Source: Caedimonas varicaedens (lineage in GTDB: Bacteria > Pseudomonadota > Alphaproteobacteria > Caedimonadales > Caedimonadaceae). Taken from it: a stretch of DNA of 32,000 nucleotides. Below are positions 1 through 8,737 of the stretch, piece by piece. The stretch lies in assembly GCA_001192655.1 (NCBI GenBank), contig BBVC01000074.1:3767-35766 (forward strand), given 5' to 3'. The number at the start of each line of letters is the position of its first letter. Positions within the stretch are counted from its first letter, which is position 1. Under the pieces are notes generated by a model. That model did not search any database and was not told the DNA's origin. It saw nothing but the letters and a program-made list of their open reading frames with translations. A program made the translations under genes and the position numbers.

Positions 1-842
1 ATAAAACCACAGCGTTCTGCAATGACAAGCGTATTTTCTATGGCTTCCGGCAAATCCTGAAAAATCTCTCTCATTTCTCGAGGAGAACGAAGACGATGAC
101 GCGGCGTGACGCGACGTCGATCCTGTTTACTGACATAAGACCCCGTTGCAACGCAAAGCAGAGCGTCGTGGGCTTCATACATTGATTCGTCTATAAAAAA
201 AGCTTCATTGGTCGCCACAAGAGGCAGATGAAGATCGTACGCCAGCTGAATCAGAAGCCCTTCAATATCACTTTCCCGTTGATCATCCCATCCATGACGC
301 GTCACTTCGATATAAAAACGATTCTGAAAAATATTCCCTAGATTCTGGAAAAGATCCGAGGCAGACTGCTTTTGTCCTTGAAGCAGAAGTTTCGCTCCCC
401 CCCCGTCCAATCCCCCTGAAAGGGCAATTAACCCTTCATGATATTCTGTTAACCATTCGAAAGAAATATGAGGATCATGGGGGTATTGCAGGTACGACTG
501 ACTGACAAGCTTCATCAAATTTTGATAGCCTCGCGTATTTTGCGCCAAGAGAACAAGCTGGTCACAGTGCGGCGGAACGCCAGGAAGGCGCAACTCCTGA
601 TGACGCGGATCACTTGCTCTCAGGCTTGTGCGAAGCTGACATCCAATAATAGGTTGAATGCCTTCAGAGGCTGCCGCCTTAGAAAATTCCAGCGCACCAA
701 AAAGATTTCCTGTATCTGTCAATGCAACAGCAGGCATACGCTCTTGCCGGCAACGCGCAATCAGATCAGGGATCTTGATGGCACCTTCAGCAAGAGAATA
801 GGCAGAATGAACGCGCAAATGAACAAAATCAGCGTGACTCAC
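1..842 (-). CDS. dnaE: DNA polymerase III alpha subunit, N-terminal PHP-domain part (gene continues beyond the window start)
   Basis: Not in the supplied ORF track because it runs off the edge. Hand translation of the minus strand from GTG at 842 gives VSHADFVHLRVHSAYSLAEGAIKIPDLIARCRQERMPAVALTDTGNLFGALEFSKAAASEGIQPIIGCQL...QNTRGYQNLMKLVSQSYL...FYIEVTRHG, open to position 1. This is the classic DnaE N-terminus. GAGG lies 7 nt upstream of the GTG, and an in-frame TGA lies at 854-852. Confidence 0.85.
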   Translation of the reverse strand, partial: MSHADFVHLRVHSAYSLAEGAIKIPDLIARCRQERMPAVALTDTGNLFGALEFSKAAASEGIQPIIGCQLRTSLRASDPRHQELRLPGVPPHCDQLVLLAQNTRGYQNLMKLVSQSYLQYPHDPHISFEWLTEYHEGLIALSGGLDGGGAKLLLQGQKQSASDLFQNLGNIFQNRFYIEVTRHGWDDQRESDIEGLLIQLAYDLHLPLVATNEAFFIDESMYEAHDALLCVATGSYVSKQDRRRVTPRHRLRSPREMREIFQDLPEAIENTLVIAERCGF

Positions 843-1056
843 AAAAAAACCTCAGAAAATGGAACAGGGTATCTATTTCTTTATAGTCTCTTTCCCAAAC
901 AAATTTCAAGGAAACGATAGAGAGATGAAAAAGTCTCTGTATCTTCAATATCTCGCATAAATCAGAAAAAACTTGTATTGTTTCAAGAAATATGGTCTTT
1001 TATTTTCTTTAAAATGAGTCAGAATAAAACATTAACGTCGTTTAAGAGAGTCCAGT

Positions 1057-1530
1057 ATGCAGCGAATTCCCATGACTGCGGGGGGTTTTTCCCGCCTGCA
1101 AGAAGAATTGAAACACTTAAAAACAGTTGAGAGAATTGCTGTCATCAAGGCAATCTCTGAAGCTCGAGCTTTGGGTGACCTTTCAGAAAATGCAGAATAT
1201 CATGCCGCGCGCGAGCGCCAGGGTTTTATTGAAGGACGCATTGCTGAACTGGAGGCAAAATTATCCCTAGCAGAAGTGATCGATGTTGCAAAGCTAAAGG
1301 GGGACATTGTCCGATTTGGAGCATCAGTCAAATTGATTGATGAAGAGACAGAGGAAGAAAGCATTTACCAAATTGTTGGTGTAGATGAGTCTGACATCAA
1401 GAAAGGTTTTTTATCAATTTCTGCCCCCCTTGCGCGCAGTCTCATTGGCAAGAAAACGGGAGATTCCGTGGAAGTCCATACCCCAGGGGGTTCCAAAACA
1501 TATGAAATTATTTCAGTGGAGTTTGTCTAG
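1057..1530 (+). CDS. greA: transcription elongation factor GreA
   Basis: 157 aa. The N-terminal coiled-coil region LQEELKHLK...ISEARALGDLSENAEYHAARERQGFIEGRIAELEAKL and the C-terminal globular domain are typical of GreA. Confidence 0.95.
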   Translation: MQRIPMTAGGFSRLQEELKHLKTVERIAVIKAISEARALGDLSENAEYHAARERQGFIEGRIAELEAKLSLAEVIDVAKLKGDIVRFGASVKLIDEETEEESIYQIVGVDESDIKKGFLSISAPLARSLIGKKTGDSVEVHTPGGSKTYEIISVEFV

Positions 1531-1541
1531 GATAAGGAATA

Positions 1542-2501
1542 ATGACCAGGAAAACGTGCTGGGTCGTCTGCGATGATGGGAAAGTGGGAACGGAACATCA
1601 GTGCGTTGGTCTGGCAGAAAACCTTGGATTTAATCCTGAAATCAAAAGATTGCAATCCAGGGGGCTGTGGCATTATTTACCGCCGTCTCTTTGGTTTAAC
1701 CCCCTCTCAGGAGCCAGCACTCCAAGTGGGTTCCTGACACATCCCTGGCCCGATCTGATCATCGCTGCCGGTCGCCTCAGTGTCGCCCCTACCGCTTATA
1801 TCCGCAAAATAACGCAGGGTCGAACCAAAGTTATCCAGCTTCAAAATCCTCGCATCAATCCAGCGTTATTTGATGCCGTGATTGCTCCCTGGCATGATCA
1901 TCTCACAGGAAGTAACATTCTCCAAACAGAGGGAGCACTTCACCGTGTAACGGCCGATCGCCTGGCATCAGAAGCAAACCTTGTCGCGCCGCTAATCGTT
2001 CATTTACCCAAACCCCTCATAACTGTTCTGGTGGGGGGAAGCAATCGTTGCTATCGTATGACACCGGATAAAGTTCGTGTGATGGCACAAAGACTAAAGA
2101 ACCTTGCAGCACACTATGGAGCAGGACTTGCTATCACAGTCTCTCGACGCACAGAGCCGGAGAACAGAAAAATCTTGCAGGAAGAACTGAAAGAAACGCA
2201 GGCTGTTGTCTGGACAGGGGAAGGTCATAACCCCTACTTTGGATTGCTGGCACTCGCCGATTACATTATCGTGACAGGCGATTCTGTTTCAATGATATCT
2301 GAAGCCTGTTTTACAGGGAAGCCTGTTTATACCTACTTTTTTCCCGGTGGCTCCCGTAAATTTAATGCCTTTCATCGTCATTTCCAAGAACGGAAGTATA
2401 CAAGGCCTTTTGAGGATTCACTTGAATCTTGGTCTTACCCTCCTCTCGATGAGTTTGGCAGAATCACAACTCAGCTTCGTACTCTTTTATCTTCTGAATA
2501 G
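1542..2501 (+). CDS. ELM1/DUF1022 (mitochondrial fission ELM1-like) family protein, predicted GT-B-like fold
   Basis: 319 aa with family-typical blocks: VVCDDGKVGTEHQCVGLAENLG, LVGGSNRCYRM, TVSRRTEPE and VTGDSVSMISEA. It starts 11 nt after the greA stop. Confidence 0.75.
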   Translation: MTRKTCWVVCDDGKVGTEHQCVGLAENLGFNPEIKRLQSRGLWHYLPPSLWFNPLSGASTPSGFLTHPWPDLIIAAGRLSVAPTAYIRKITQGRTKVIQLQNPRINPALFDAVIAPWHDHLTGSNILQTEGALHRVTADRLASEANLVAPLIVHLPKPLITVLVGGSNRCYRMTPDKVRVMAQRLKNLAAHYGAGLAITVSRRTEPENRKILQEELKETQAVVWTGEGHNPYFGLLALADYIIVTGDSVSMISEACFTGKPVYTYFFPGGSRKFNAFHRHFQERKYTRPFEDSLESWSYPPLDEFGRITTQLRTLLSSE

Positions 2502-2505
2502 AATC

Positions 2506-3876
2506 ATGAAAGAAAACCATAACATTTCTTCAGAAAAACAAAAAATTGTTATCATCGGAGCAGGGCTGGCAGGATTGACAACAGCCTATCGTCTTTTCGA
2601 AAAAGGGTATGATATTGAAATCTATGAAGCGCGACCGCGCGTGGGAGGACGTGTCCATAGTGTCTTTATCAAAAGTCTCGAAGGAGAGGACTCGATCGGA
2701 GAGTTAGGAGGACACGATATCTCGGATGGCGGGAAAGCACACCATATACTCTCTCTAATTCGAGAGTTTGATCTTGAGATAAGGGAAGATATTACTAAAC
2801 TTTCACATATTTTTTATGAAGATCAGAAAATCCATACTCCCCATATACTTTTGCAACAACAGGATTTTGCTCCACAGAAGTTAGAAGAGTTCTTTTATCA
2901 TCTGAAAACTTCCGTTCATTCTATCCAGGATATACTCGATATACTCTTCAAAAAAGATTCTATCTTAAAGCGTTATTTTTCCATACGTATTTCACTTTAT
3001 GAAGGTTCCGATCCCTCTTTGCTCGCCGTTTATCATAATAAAGACACGCTCAAGCATCTCTTGCAGCGAGGCCTTCCCCCTGCCCATCCAAAGTCGATTA
3101 TTCACCGCCTTGTGATTAAAGAAGGCAATGCCCAGCTCCCTTTGAAAATGGCCAAAAAAATTTCTCACAGGCTCCACCTTGAAAAAACTCTAAAGAAGGT
3201 AAGAATAAACAGTTCTCATCAAATAGAAGTCTCATTTCAGGATAATAAATCCATTTTTTGTGACAAGCTCATTCTTGCAATTCCCTGTTCGGTCTATAAA
3301 AATATTATTTTTGATGAAGTCGCTCTACCTGCCGCAAGACTTGCTTCTATAAAAGAAGTCCAATATGGAACCAATGCTAAAATATTGGCGCCTGTGAAAC
3401 GTTTGAATTCACCCTATAATGCTGTTTTCACTAACAAAATGGTGGGATTTTTCAGTAACGAGGACAAGCTTTTAAATATGTATTTTGGAGGACAGGCAGC
3501 TGCAACGCTTTCAAAAAACACCCTGGATTTATTTCAGGAAACACGGATTGATATGAAAGCTGGTTTTAAAAATATCCTCTTGAATGAAGAAGAACCCATT
3601 TCAGCAAAAGACGAACAATTAACACGCTATATCCAACCTGTTGCCAAATCATGGACGGAAGATCCCTATTCACAAGGATCTTATTCCAATTATGGCGTAA
3701 AACTTGGAGAAAGATTTTCTGAGGAAACAGACTACCACGGTATAAAATTTAAAAAGATTTTTGAACCGATCGCCAACAGAATTTTTTTCGCAGGGGAACA
3801 TGCCACTCTTCTTGATGAGATTGGCACCATGGAAGCAGCGGTTGAATCAGGCGAGCGCCTTGCTCTGCTTTTTTAA
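2506..3876 (+). CDS. FAD-dependent (flavin monoamine/amino-acid) amine oxidase family protein
   Basis: The track ORF 2347..3876 overlaps the ELM1-like gene, so I place the start at ATG 2506 (MKENHNISSEKQK). It has the dinucleotide-binding motif IVIIGAGLAGLTTAYRLFEKGYDIEIYEARPRVGGRV and a C-terminal FFAGEHAT...GTMEAAVESGER block, both typical of the amine oxidase family. The start is 4 nt after the ELM1-like stop. Confidence 0.8.
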   Translation: MKENHNISSEKQKIVIIGAGLAGLTTAYRLFEKGYDIEIYEARPRVGGRVHSVFIKSLEGEDSIGELGGHDISDGGKAHHILSLIREFDLEIREDITKLSHIFYEDQKIHTPHILLQQQDFAPQKLEEFFYHLKTSVHSIQDILDILFKKDSILKRYFSIRISLYEGSDPSLLAVYHNKDTLKHLLQRGLPPAHPKSIIHRLVIKEGNAQLPLKMAKKISHRLHLEKTLKKVRINSSHQIEVSFQDNKSIFCDKLILAIPCSVYKNIIFDEVALPAARLASIKEVQYGTNAKILAPVKRLNSPYNAVFTNKMVGFFSNEDKLLNMYFGGQAAATLSKNTLDLFQETRIDMKAGFKNILLNEEEPISAKDEQLTRYIQPVAKSWTEDPYSQGSYSNYGVKLGERFSEETDYHGIKFKKIFEPIANRIFFAGEHATLLDEIGTMEAAVESGERLALLF

Positions 3877-3897
3877 TCAAAAAATCAAAGGGCTTGC

Positions 3898-4194
3898 TTA
3901 ACCTTTGTGGACCAAACAAATACATGATGCCCGGAAAATACTTCACGTTTTTTCACTTAACCCCTTGTGAGAGAGAATGAGTAAACAGCTGAATCAAGAT
4001 ATTCATTAACTCAGATAAAACTCTTTCGGCTGACAAATCCTGCTTTCTATAAAATTGTTACTCTGTTAATGGACGAAAACGCAGATTACATGAGGCTGGC
4101 AAGTTGTGGGAAAAACCATGTTATCATTGAAGCAGAGCTAGCAGAATTGATAACAGCCTATCGTCTCCGGTATTTCCCTTTCAAAAAGGGATGA
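3898..4194 (+). pseudogene. decayed duplicate of the ELM1-like 3' end plus the amine oxidase 5' end (relic of a tandem duplication)
   Basis: 4120-4166 matches 2548-2594 at 41 of 47 nt by hand alignment, and all 6 differences are transitions. ATG 4069 opens a 41-codon ORF, MDENADYMRLASCGKNHVIIEAELAELITAYRLRYFPFKKG, compared with MKENHNISSEKQKIVIIGAGLAGLTTAYRLFEKGY in the intact gene. Upstream, colinear short blocks (ttcactt, a/gatgagt, gaatca, aactcag, actcttt) are shared with 2418-2490, but stops interrupt the corresponding frame. The left boundary is approximate. Confidence 0.6.
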
Positions 4195-4237
4195 GAAATG
4201 ATAGTCTGAGTAATAAAAATAATAAATGACATCATAA

Positions 4238-5920
4238 ATGCCTGACCGTTTTAATCATTTTGCCCAATCCTTCTTATATCCTCGCGGATTAAGTGCTATT
4301 GCCATGATCGTTGGCCTTGTTTGTCTGGAAATTGCTTGCGGCGCCTTTGTTTACGTTATGGGTGGGACTAATTTCTCCTATCTTCATGCCTTCTATGTGC
4401 CAATCATTCTGGCAGGAATGGTCTTTCGTATGCCAGGAGGATTTCTTGCAGGATTTCTGGGTGGTATGATTGTTGGACCCTATATGCCGGCGGATGTTTT
4501 TCTTCATGCCCCTCAACCCCTTGCATCATGGGTTTTGCGAAGTTTTTTCTTTTGTTTTATGGGTGTTTTTTCTGGTGCACTTTCGGATATTTTTCGTCTC
4601 TATTTAAAAAATCTTCATTTACATATTACAACGGATTTAATCACCAAGCTTCCTAATATGGCAGGGCTAAAATTGATATGGCAGGATCAGACACAACAAA
4701 GTCACGGACACCACCACCCCTCTGTTCTTCTTATTGTTCTGAATCGCTTGAGAGAGATTGACAAAGCTTTTGGTTCGGAGGCGACTACGGAACTTTTAAA
4801 GGAAGTTACAAGGCGTTTGGGGGAGCTTGTCCCTCTTTACGTTAAATTGGCATATGTGGATTATGGGACTTTTGCCATTGTGATTCCCCATAAAACCGTT
4901 TCTGCTGTAGAGATCCGAGAAAAGTGCCGACAAGGATTGGGAAACCGCTTCCTTATTGATCGTATTCCTGTCTTTCTTGAAAGCCATTTTGGAGATGCAA
5001 CACCTCAAGAAACAGAAGATATTTTCTCTATCGTGCGCAAAGCAAAAATTGCCGTGGATAAATCTATAGAATTAAGCCAGCAAAGTGCTTCTTTTGAAGA
5101 GAAAGACGATCAACAGATCCAGCGTAATCTTAAGCTAAGTCATGATTTAAGCCAAGCCATTGAAGAAAATCAGCTTAAACTTGTATACCAACCCAAATTG
5201 GATTTAAAGACAAAAAGTTGCACTGGCTTTGAAGCGCTTGTGCGCTGGGTTCATCCTGAATTGGGGATGATTTCTCCTGGTGAATTTATTCCCATGATTG
5301 AAAAGACACTCTTGATCAATCAATTCACAAAATGGCTTTTAAAAACATCTCTTTCTCATCTTCAACAATGGTTTAAGCAAGGCTTGCATTTAACGTGCGC
5401 TCTTAATTTCTCTATGAAAAATTTTGAAGATCCTGAAATTTTTACAGATCTCCGAACTTTTTTGAAAGAATATGAAATTCCTTCGGGATATTTGGAAATT
5501 GAGGTAACGGAAACAGCCATTGCCACTAATCTTGAAAAAGTCGCTGATATTCTTCAATCATGTCGTGAAGAAGGTATTAAAATTTCTGTCGATGATTTTG
5601 GGACAGGACAGTCTTCAATGAAATACCTTTTTAAATTGCCTGTTGATTGTATTAAAATTGATCAAACTTTTATTCGTTCAATGATCACGAATTCAGCAGC
5701 TGAAGCAATTGTGCGAAGCGCCATTACTTTGGGGCATGAATTAAACCTTGAAGTTATTGCGGAAGGGGTAGAGACAGAAGAAGAATACCTTAAATTAAAT
5801 GATTTAAATTGCGATGGTGGACAGGGATTTTATTTCGCGCGTCCTATGCCTTTTGAAATGGCAACCTCATGGTTGCAATCCCGTACAGTCAAATTAAAAG
5901 AAAATAAGGCAATCATCTAA
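4238..5920 (+). CDS. integral-membrane sensor protein with degenerate GGDEF and intact EAL domain (predicted c-di-GMP phosphodiesterase)
   Basis: 560 aa. The N-terminal ~125 aa are hydrophobic with several predicted TM helices. The GGDEF-domain signatures are TDLITKLPNMAGL and AFGSEATTELL, with DYGTF (4859-4873) in place of GGDEF. The EAL signatures are all present: EALVRW (5231-), EVTE, DDFGTGQSS, KIDQTF, EGVETEEE and QGFYFARP. Confidence 0.85.
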   Translation: MPDRFNHFAQSFLYPRGLSAIAMIVGLVCLEIACGAFVYVMGGTNFSYLHAFYVPIILAGMVFRMPGGFLAGFLGGMIVGPYMPADVFLHAPQPLASWVLRSFFFCFMGVFSGALSDIFRLYLKNLHLHITTDLITKLPNMAGLKLIWQDQTQQSHGHHHPSVLLIVLNRLREIDKAFGSEATTELLKEVTRRLGELVPLYVKLAYVDYGTFAIVIPHKTVSAVEIREKCRQGLGNRFLIDRIPVFLESHFGDATPQETEDIFSIVRKAKIAVDKSIELSQQSASFEEKDDQQIQRNLKLSHDLSQAIEENQLKLVYQPKLDLKTKSCTGFEALVRWVHPELGMISPGEFIPMIEKTLLINQFTKWLLKTSLSHLQQWFKQGLHLTCALNFSMKNFEDPEIFTDLRTFLKEYEIPSGYLEIEVTETAIATNLEKVADILQSCREEGIKISVDDFGTGQSSMKYLFKLPVDCIKIDQTFIRSMITNSAAEAIVRSAITLGHELNLEVIAEGVETEEEYLKLNDLNCDGGQGFYFARPMPFEMATSWLQSRTVKLKENKAII

Positions 5921-6046
5921 AGAATGTTGCATAAAAGTCTTATTCAATTCAAAAAAATGAATAGAGTAAAAAATATTTGACTTTTACTCAAAAACAATTA
6001 AATAAGTAAAAGCTAGTATTCGTCAAAGGAAAGAAATTAAAACTGA

Positions 6047-7360
6047 ATGCTTTTTACCGAACTCGGTCTTAAAGAGAATACCCTGAGGGGTGTTCTTGAA
6101 GTCGGATATCACACCCCAACACCTGTTCAAGAGCAAGTTATCCCCTATGTCCTTAATCGTCGGGATATCTTTGGTTGCGCACAAACAGGAACAGGGAAAA
6201 CAGCTTCTTTTACACTCCCCCTTCTCGATATTCTGGAATCGGGACGCGCAAGGGCCAGAATGCCGCGTGTCTTGGTCCTTGCCCCCACGCGAGAGCTCGC
6301 AAATCAGGTCATGGACAGCTTTTCTACCTATGGGAAGTATCATAAATTTAATCTTGTCCTGACAATCGGGGGAGAATCTATTTATGAGCAAGAACGCAAG
6401 CTGGCACAAGGAGCAGATGTTCTGATCGCCACTCCTGGACGACTTTTGGATCTTTTTGATCGTGGCAAGATTATGCTTCATGCTCTTGAAATTATAGTGA
6501 TTGATGAAGCGGACCGTATGCTTGATATGGGTTTTATTCCCGATATCGAAAAGATTTTTTCGCTAATTCCTGAAAAACGTCAAACTTTGATGTTTTCAGC
6601 TACTGTATCTCCTGAAGTTAGAAAACTCTCCCAGATGTTTCTCAAGGATTTTGTGGAGGTGACGGTAAGCCGTGCTTCTAAGGCTGCCGATACTGTGCAG
6701 CAATATCTTGTTCATGTTACGCCGAAAGATAAAACGAAGACTTTGCGGCATATTATTCAAAAAGAATCTATTAAAAGCGCCATTATCTTTTGTAATCGCA
6801 AAAAAGATATTTCAACCCTGTGTACTTCCCTGAAGCGGAATGGTTATAACGTGGCTCCTCTTCATGGTGATCTTCATCAGACAAAGCGGACAGAAACGCT
6901 GACAGCTTTTAAGCAGGGAGACGTTCATTTCCTAGTGGCGAGTGATATTGCTGCGCGCGGCATCGACGTTGAAGAGCTTGATTTTGTTTTTAATTTTGAT
7001 GTCCCCATTAACGCTGAAGAGTACGTTCATCGCATTGGACGCACAGGAAGGGCAGGACGTTCAGGTCGCGCTTTTATGTTTGTCACAAAAGAGGATAATA
7101 TCCTTTTAAAATCCATTCAAAAACTCCTGAAATTTGACATCACCGATTATCCGATTGAAACAGAAAACAAGAAGTCTCCAGAGCCTGTGCAAGAAAAACC
7201 AGATATCCAAAAGCCCGTCAGGAAACATGAAGAAAGAGCAATACAACCCAAAAAAGCTTCCATCCAAGGTCCTGTGCTGGGTTTTGGAGATATGACACCG
7301 GCTTTTATGAAAAACTATTTTCCTGATTTGGATTCAACGACGACAATAACACATTCATAG
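6047..7360 (+). CDS. DEAD-box ATP-dependent RNA helicase (RhlE-like)
   Basis: 437 aa. It has a Q-motif region (GYHTPTPVQ), AQTGTGKTASF, PTRELA, DEAD, SAT and HRIGRTGRAG, followed by a basic C-terminal tail ending in GFGDMTPAFM. Confidence 0.95.
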   Translation: MLFTELGLKENTLRGVLEVGYHTPTPVQEQVIPYVLNRRDIFGCAQTGTGKTASFTLPLLDILESGRARARMPRVLVLAPTRELANQVMDSFSTYGKYHKFNLVLTIGGESIYEQERKLAQGADVLIATPGRLLDLFDRGKIMLHALEIIVIDEADRMLDMGFIPDIEKIFSLIPEKRQTLMFSATVSPEVRKLSQMFLKDFVEVTVSRASKAADTVQQYLVHVTPKDKTKTLRHIIQKESIKSAIIFCNRKKDISTLCTSLKRNGYNVAPLHGDLHQTKRTETLTAFKQGDVHFLVASDIAARGIDVEELDFVFNFDVPINAEEYVHRIGRTGRAGRSGRAFMFVTKEDNILLKSIQKLLKFDITDYPIETENKKSPEPVQEKPDIQKPVRKHEERAIQPKKASIQGPVLGFGDMTPAFMKNYFPDLDSTTTITHS

Positions 7361-7420
7361 GGGATTGATGTTTGTCCGTTATGTGATAAATATTCTTTAC
7401 AATAAAAAATAGGGTTTAAA

Positions 7421-8107
7421 GTGACTGAGGAAGTTTTTCACCTAGGTCATCGTCAGCGTTTACGCGAGCGGTTTTTACAGGGGGGCGAGAATGCTCTTGC
7501 ACCTTATGAAATCATAGAAATGCTTTTATTCGCCGTCAATTCAAGAAAAGATATGAAGCCTCTCGCCAAATGTCTGCTTAAAGAATTTGGAACTGTAACC
7601 AATGTCCTGAATGCAGATGAAGAAGAACTTTTGAAGATCAAAGGGATGGAACGCTCAACCCTTGCGACACTCAAATTGGTTCAGGCTGTAGGACAAAGGC
7701 AACATCGCGAAATTATCATGAACCAGCGGGTGACCCAGATTTCCACATGGAGACATGTCCTAAATTATTGCGAAGTCAGTATGGCTCATTTAAAAAGAGA
7801 ACAGCTCCGTTTATTTTTTCTCGATAAAAGATACAAACTGATCGCCGAAGAAGTTCAGATGCTAGGAACGGTAGACCACTCTCCTGTTTATATACGCGAG
7901 ATTGTCAACAAAGCCGTCAATGTAGGCGCAACAGGCCTTATCCTGGTGCATAACCATCCTACCGGAGACCCAACGCCCTCAGCCTCTGATATTGAAGCCA
8001 CCCGTCAAATCAAGGATACTGCGGAACGCATGGGCATCACGCTCCATGATCATATTATCGTGGGCAAGGGAAAGCACACCTCTTTAAAACACCAGGGACT
8101 CATTTAG
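7421..8107 (+). CDS. radC: RadC-family JAMM/MPN-domain protein
   Basis: 228 aa with a GTG start. It has an N-terminal HhH-like region (LGHRQRLRERFL...ELL) and the JAMM motif LVHNHPTGDPTPSASD. Confidence 0.9.
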   Translation: MTEEVFHLGHRQRLRERFLQGGENALAPYEIIEMLLFAVNSRKDMKPLAKCLLKEFGTVTNVLNADEEELLKIKGMERSTLATLKLVQAVGQRQHREIIMNQRVTQISTWRHVLNYCEVSMAHLKREQLRLFFLDKRYKLIAEEVQMLGTVDHSPVYIREIVNKAVNVGATGLILVHNHPTGDPTPSASDIEATRQIKDTAERMGITLHDHIIVGKGKHTSLKHQGLI

Positions 8108-8438
8108 TCAGATTAGTCGCTTTGATCTGAATATGTATCCTCTGAATCCTCATCGGATTGATGGAAAGATGCCAAATCCTCTCGCATCATACTGCCCGTA
8201 ATGTCATCTCCATCCCGTTCTTCCTGTAACTTTGGGATAATGAGTTTTTCTGCGGGTAAATAACGATCACCAGACCCATAAGGAAGACTTTCATTTTAAC
8301 GGCTCCTTCTTTAAAAAACTCACCCCCACTCTTCACTATCCTCTAAACATCCTCATCATAAAATACAATAAAATCAATGTGAAAGATCTTCAAAAGTCCT
8401 CCTATAATGTTAAGCACATCAAGGAAACATACTCGATC

Positions 8439-8735
8439 TTATCTTAATCGAGTCGGTGAAAAATTAGCGCTATATTGTTTGGGTTTGAAGGAAGGGGTGT
8501 GTTGTTTGAGTACCTGATAGGGAATGTTATGGATCTGTGCGTATTGCCTTGCCTCTGCTTCTGTCTCAAAAAAAAGTTTTATTTGCGAACACGTATCCCG
8601 CATTCCCGTCCAACCCATGAGAGGCTCTATGTATTGGGATTTCCGGGGAATAAATTCCAACACCCATTCCTTCAGGTGTGCTTTGCCAGACTGCATAGCT
8701 GTTTTAGCGGGACGATAAATGCGCGCCTGCTGCAT
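8439..8735 (-). CDS. ETC complex I subunit conserved-region protein (NDUFS4-like)
   Basis: 98 aa. ARIYRPAKTAMQSGKAHLKEWVLEF...EPLMGWTGMRDTCSQIKLFFETEAEARQYA matches the alphaproteobacterial NDUFS4/AQDQ homologue pattern. The start codon lies 2 nt after the bcp stop. Confidence 0.8.
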   Translation of the reverse strand: MQQARIYRPAKTAMQSGKAHLKEWVLEFIPRKSQYIEPLMGWTGMRDTCSQIKLFFETEAEARQYAQIHNIPYQVLKQHTPSFKPKQYSANFSPTRLR

Positions 8736-8737
8736 GT

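Noticed and set aside
468-920. 150-aa + strand ORF from the track
   Set aside because: It lies antisense to a clean DnaE PHP-domain reading frame (1-842, minus). The peptide is low-complexity and basic with no recognisable motif. It is a typical shadow ORF.
2347-2505. N-terminal 53-codon extension of the amine oxidase ORF
   Set aside because: It overlaps the 3' end of the ELM1-like gene in another frame. The family-typical N-terminus with GxGxxG begins shortly after ATG 2506.
4171-4190. Small hairpin CCCTT-tcaaa-AAGGG upstream of the EAL gene, considered as a riboswitch or terminator element
   Set aside because: It is too short and has no U-tract. The sequence is explained by homology to the amine oxidase 5' region (ttcgaaaaaggg in the intact copy).
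6023-6481. 152-aa minus-strand ORF
   Set aside because: It is antisense to the DEAD-box helicase motif I-II region and has no independent signals. It is a shadow ORF.
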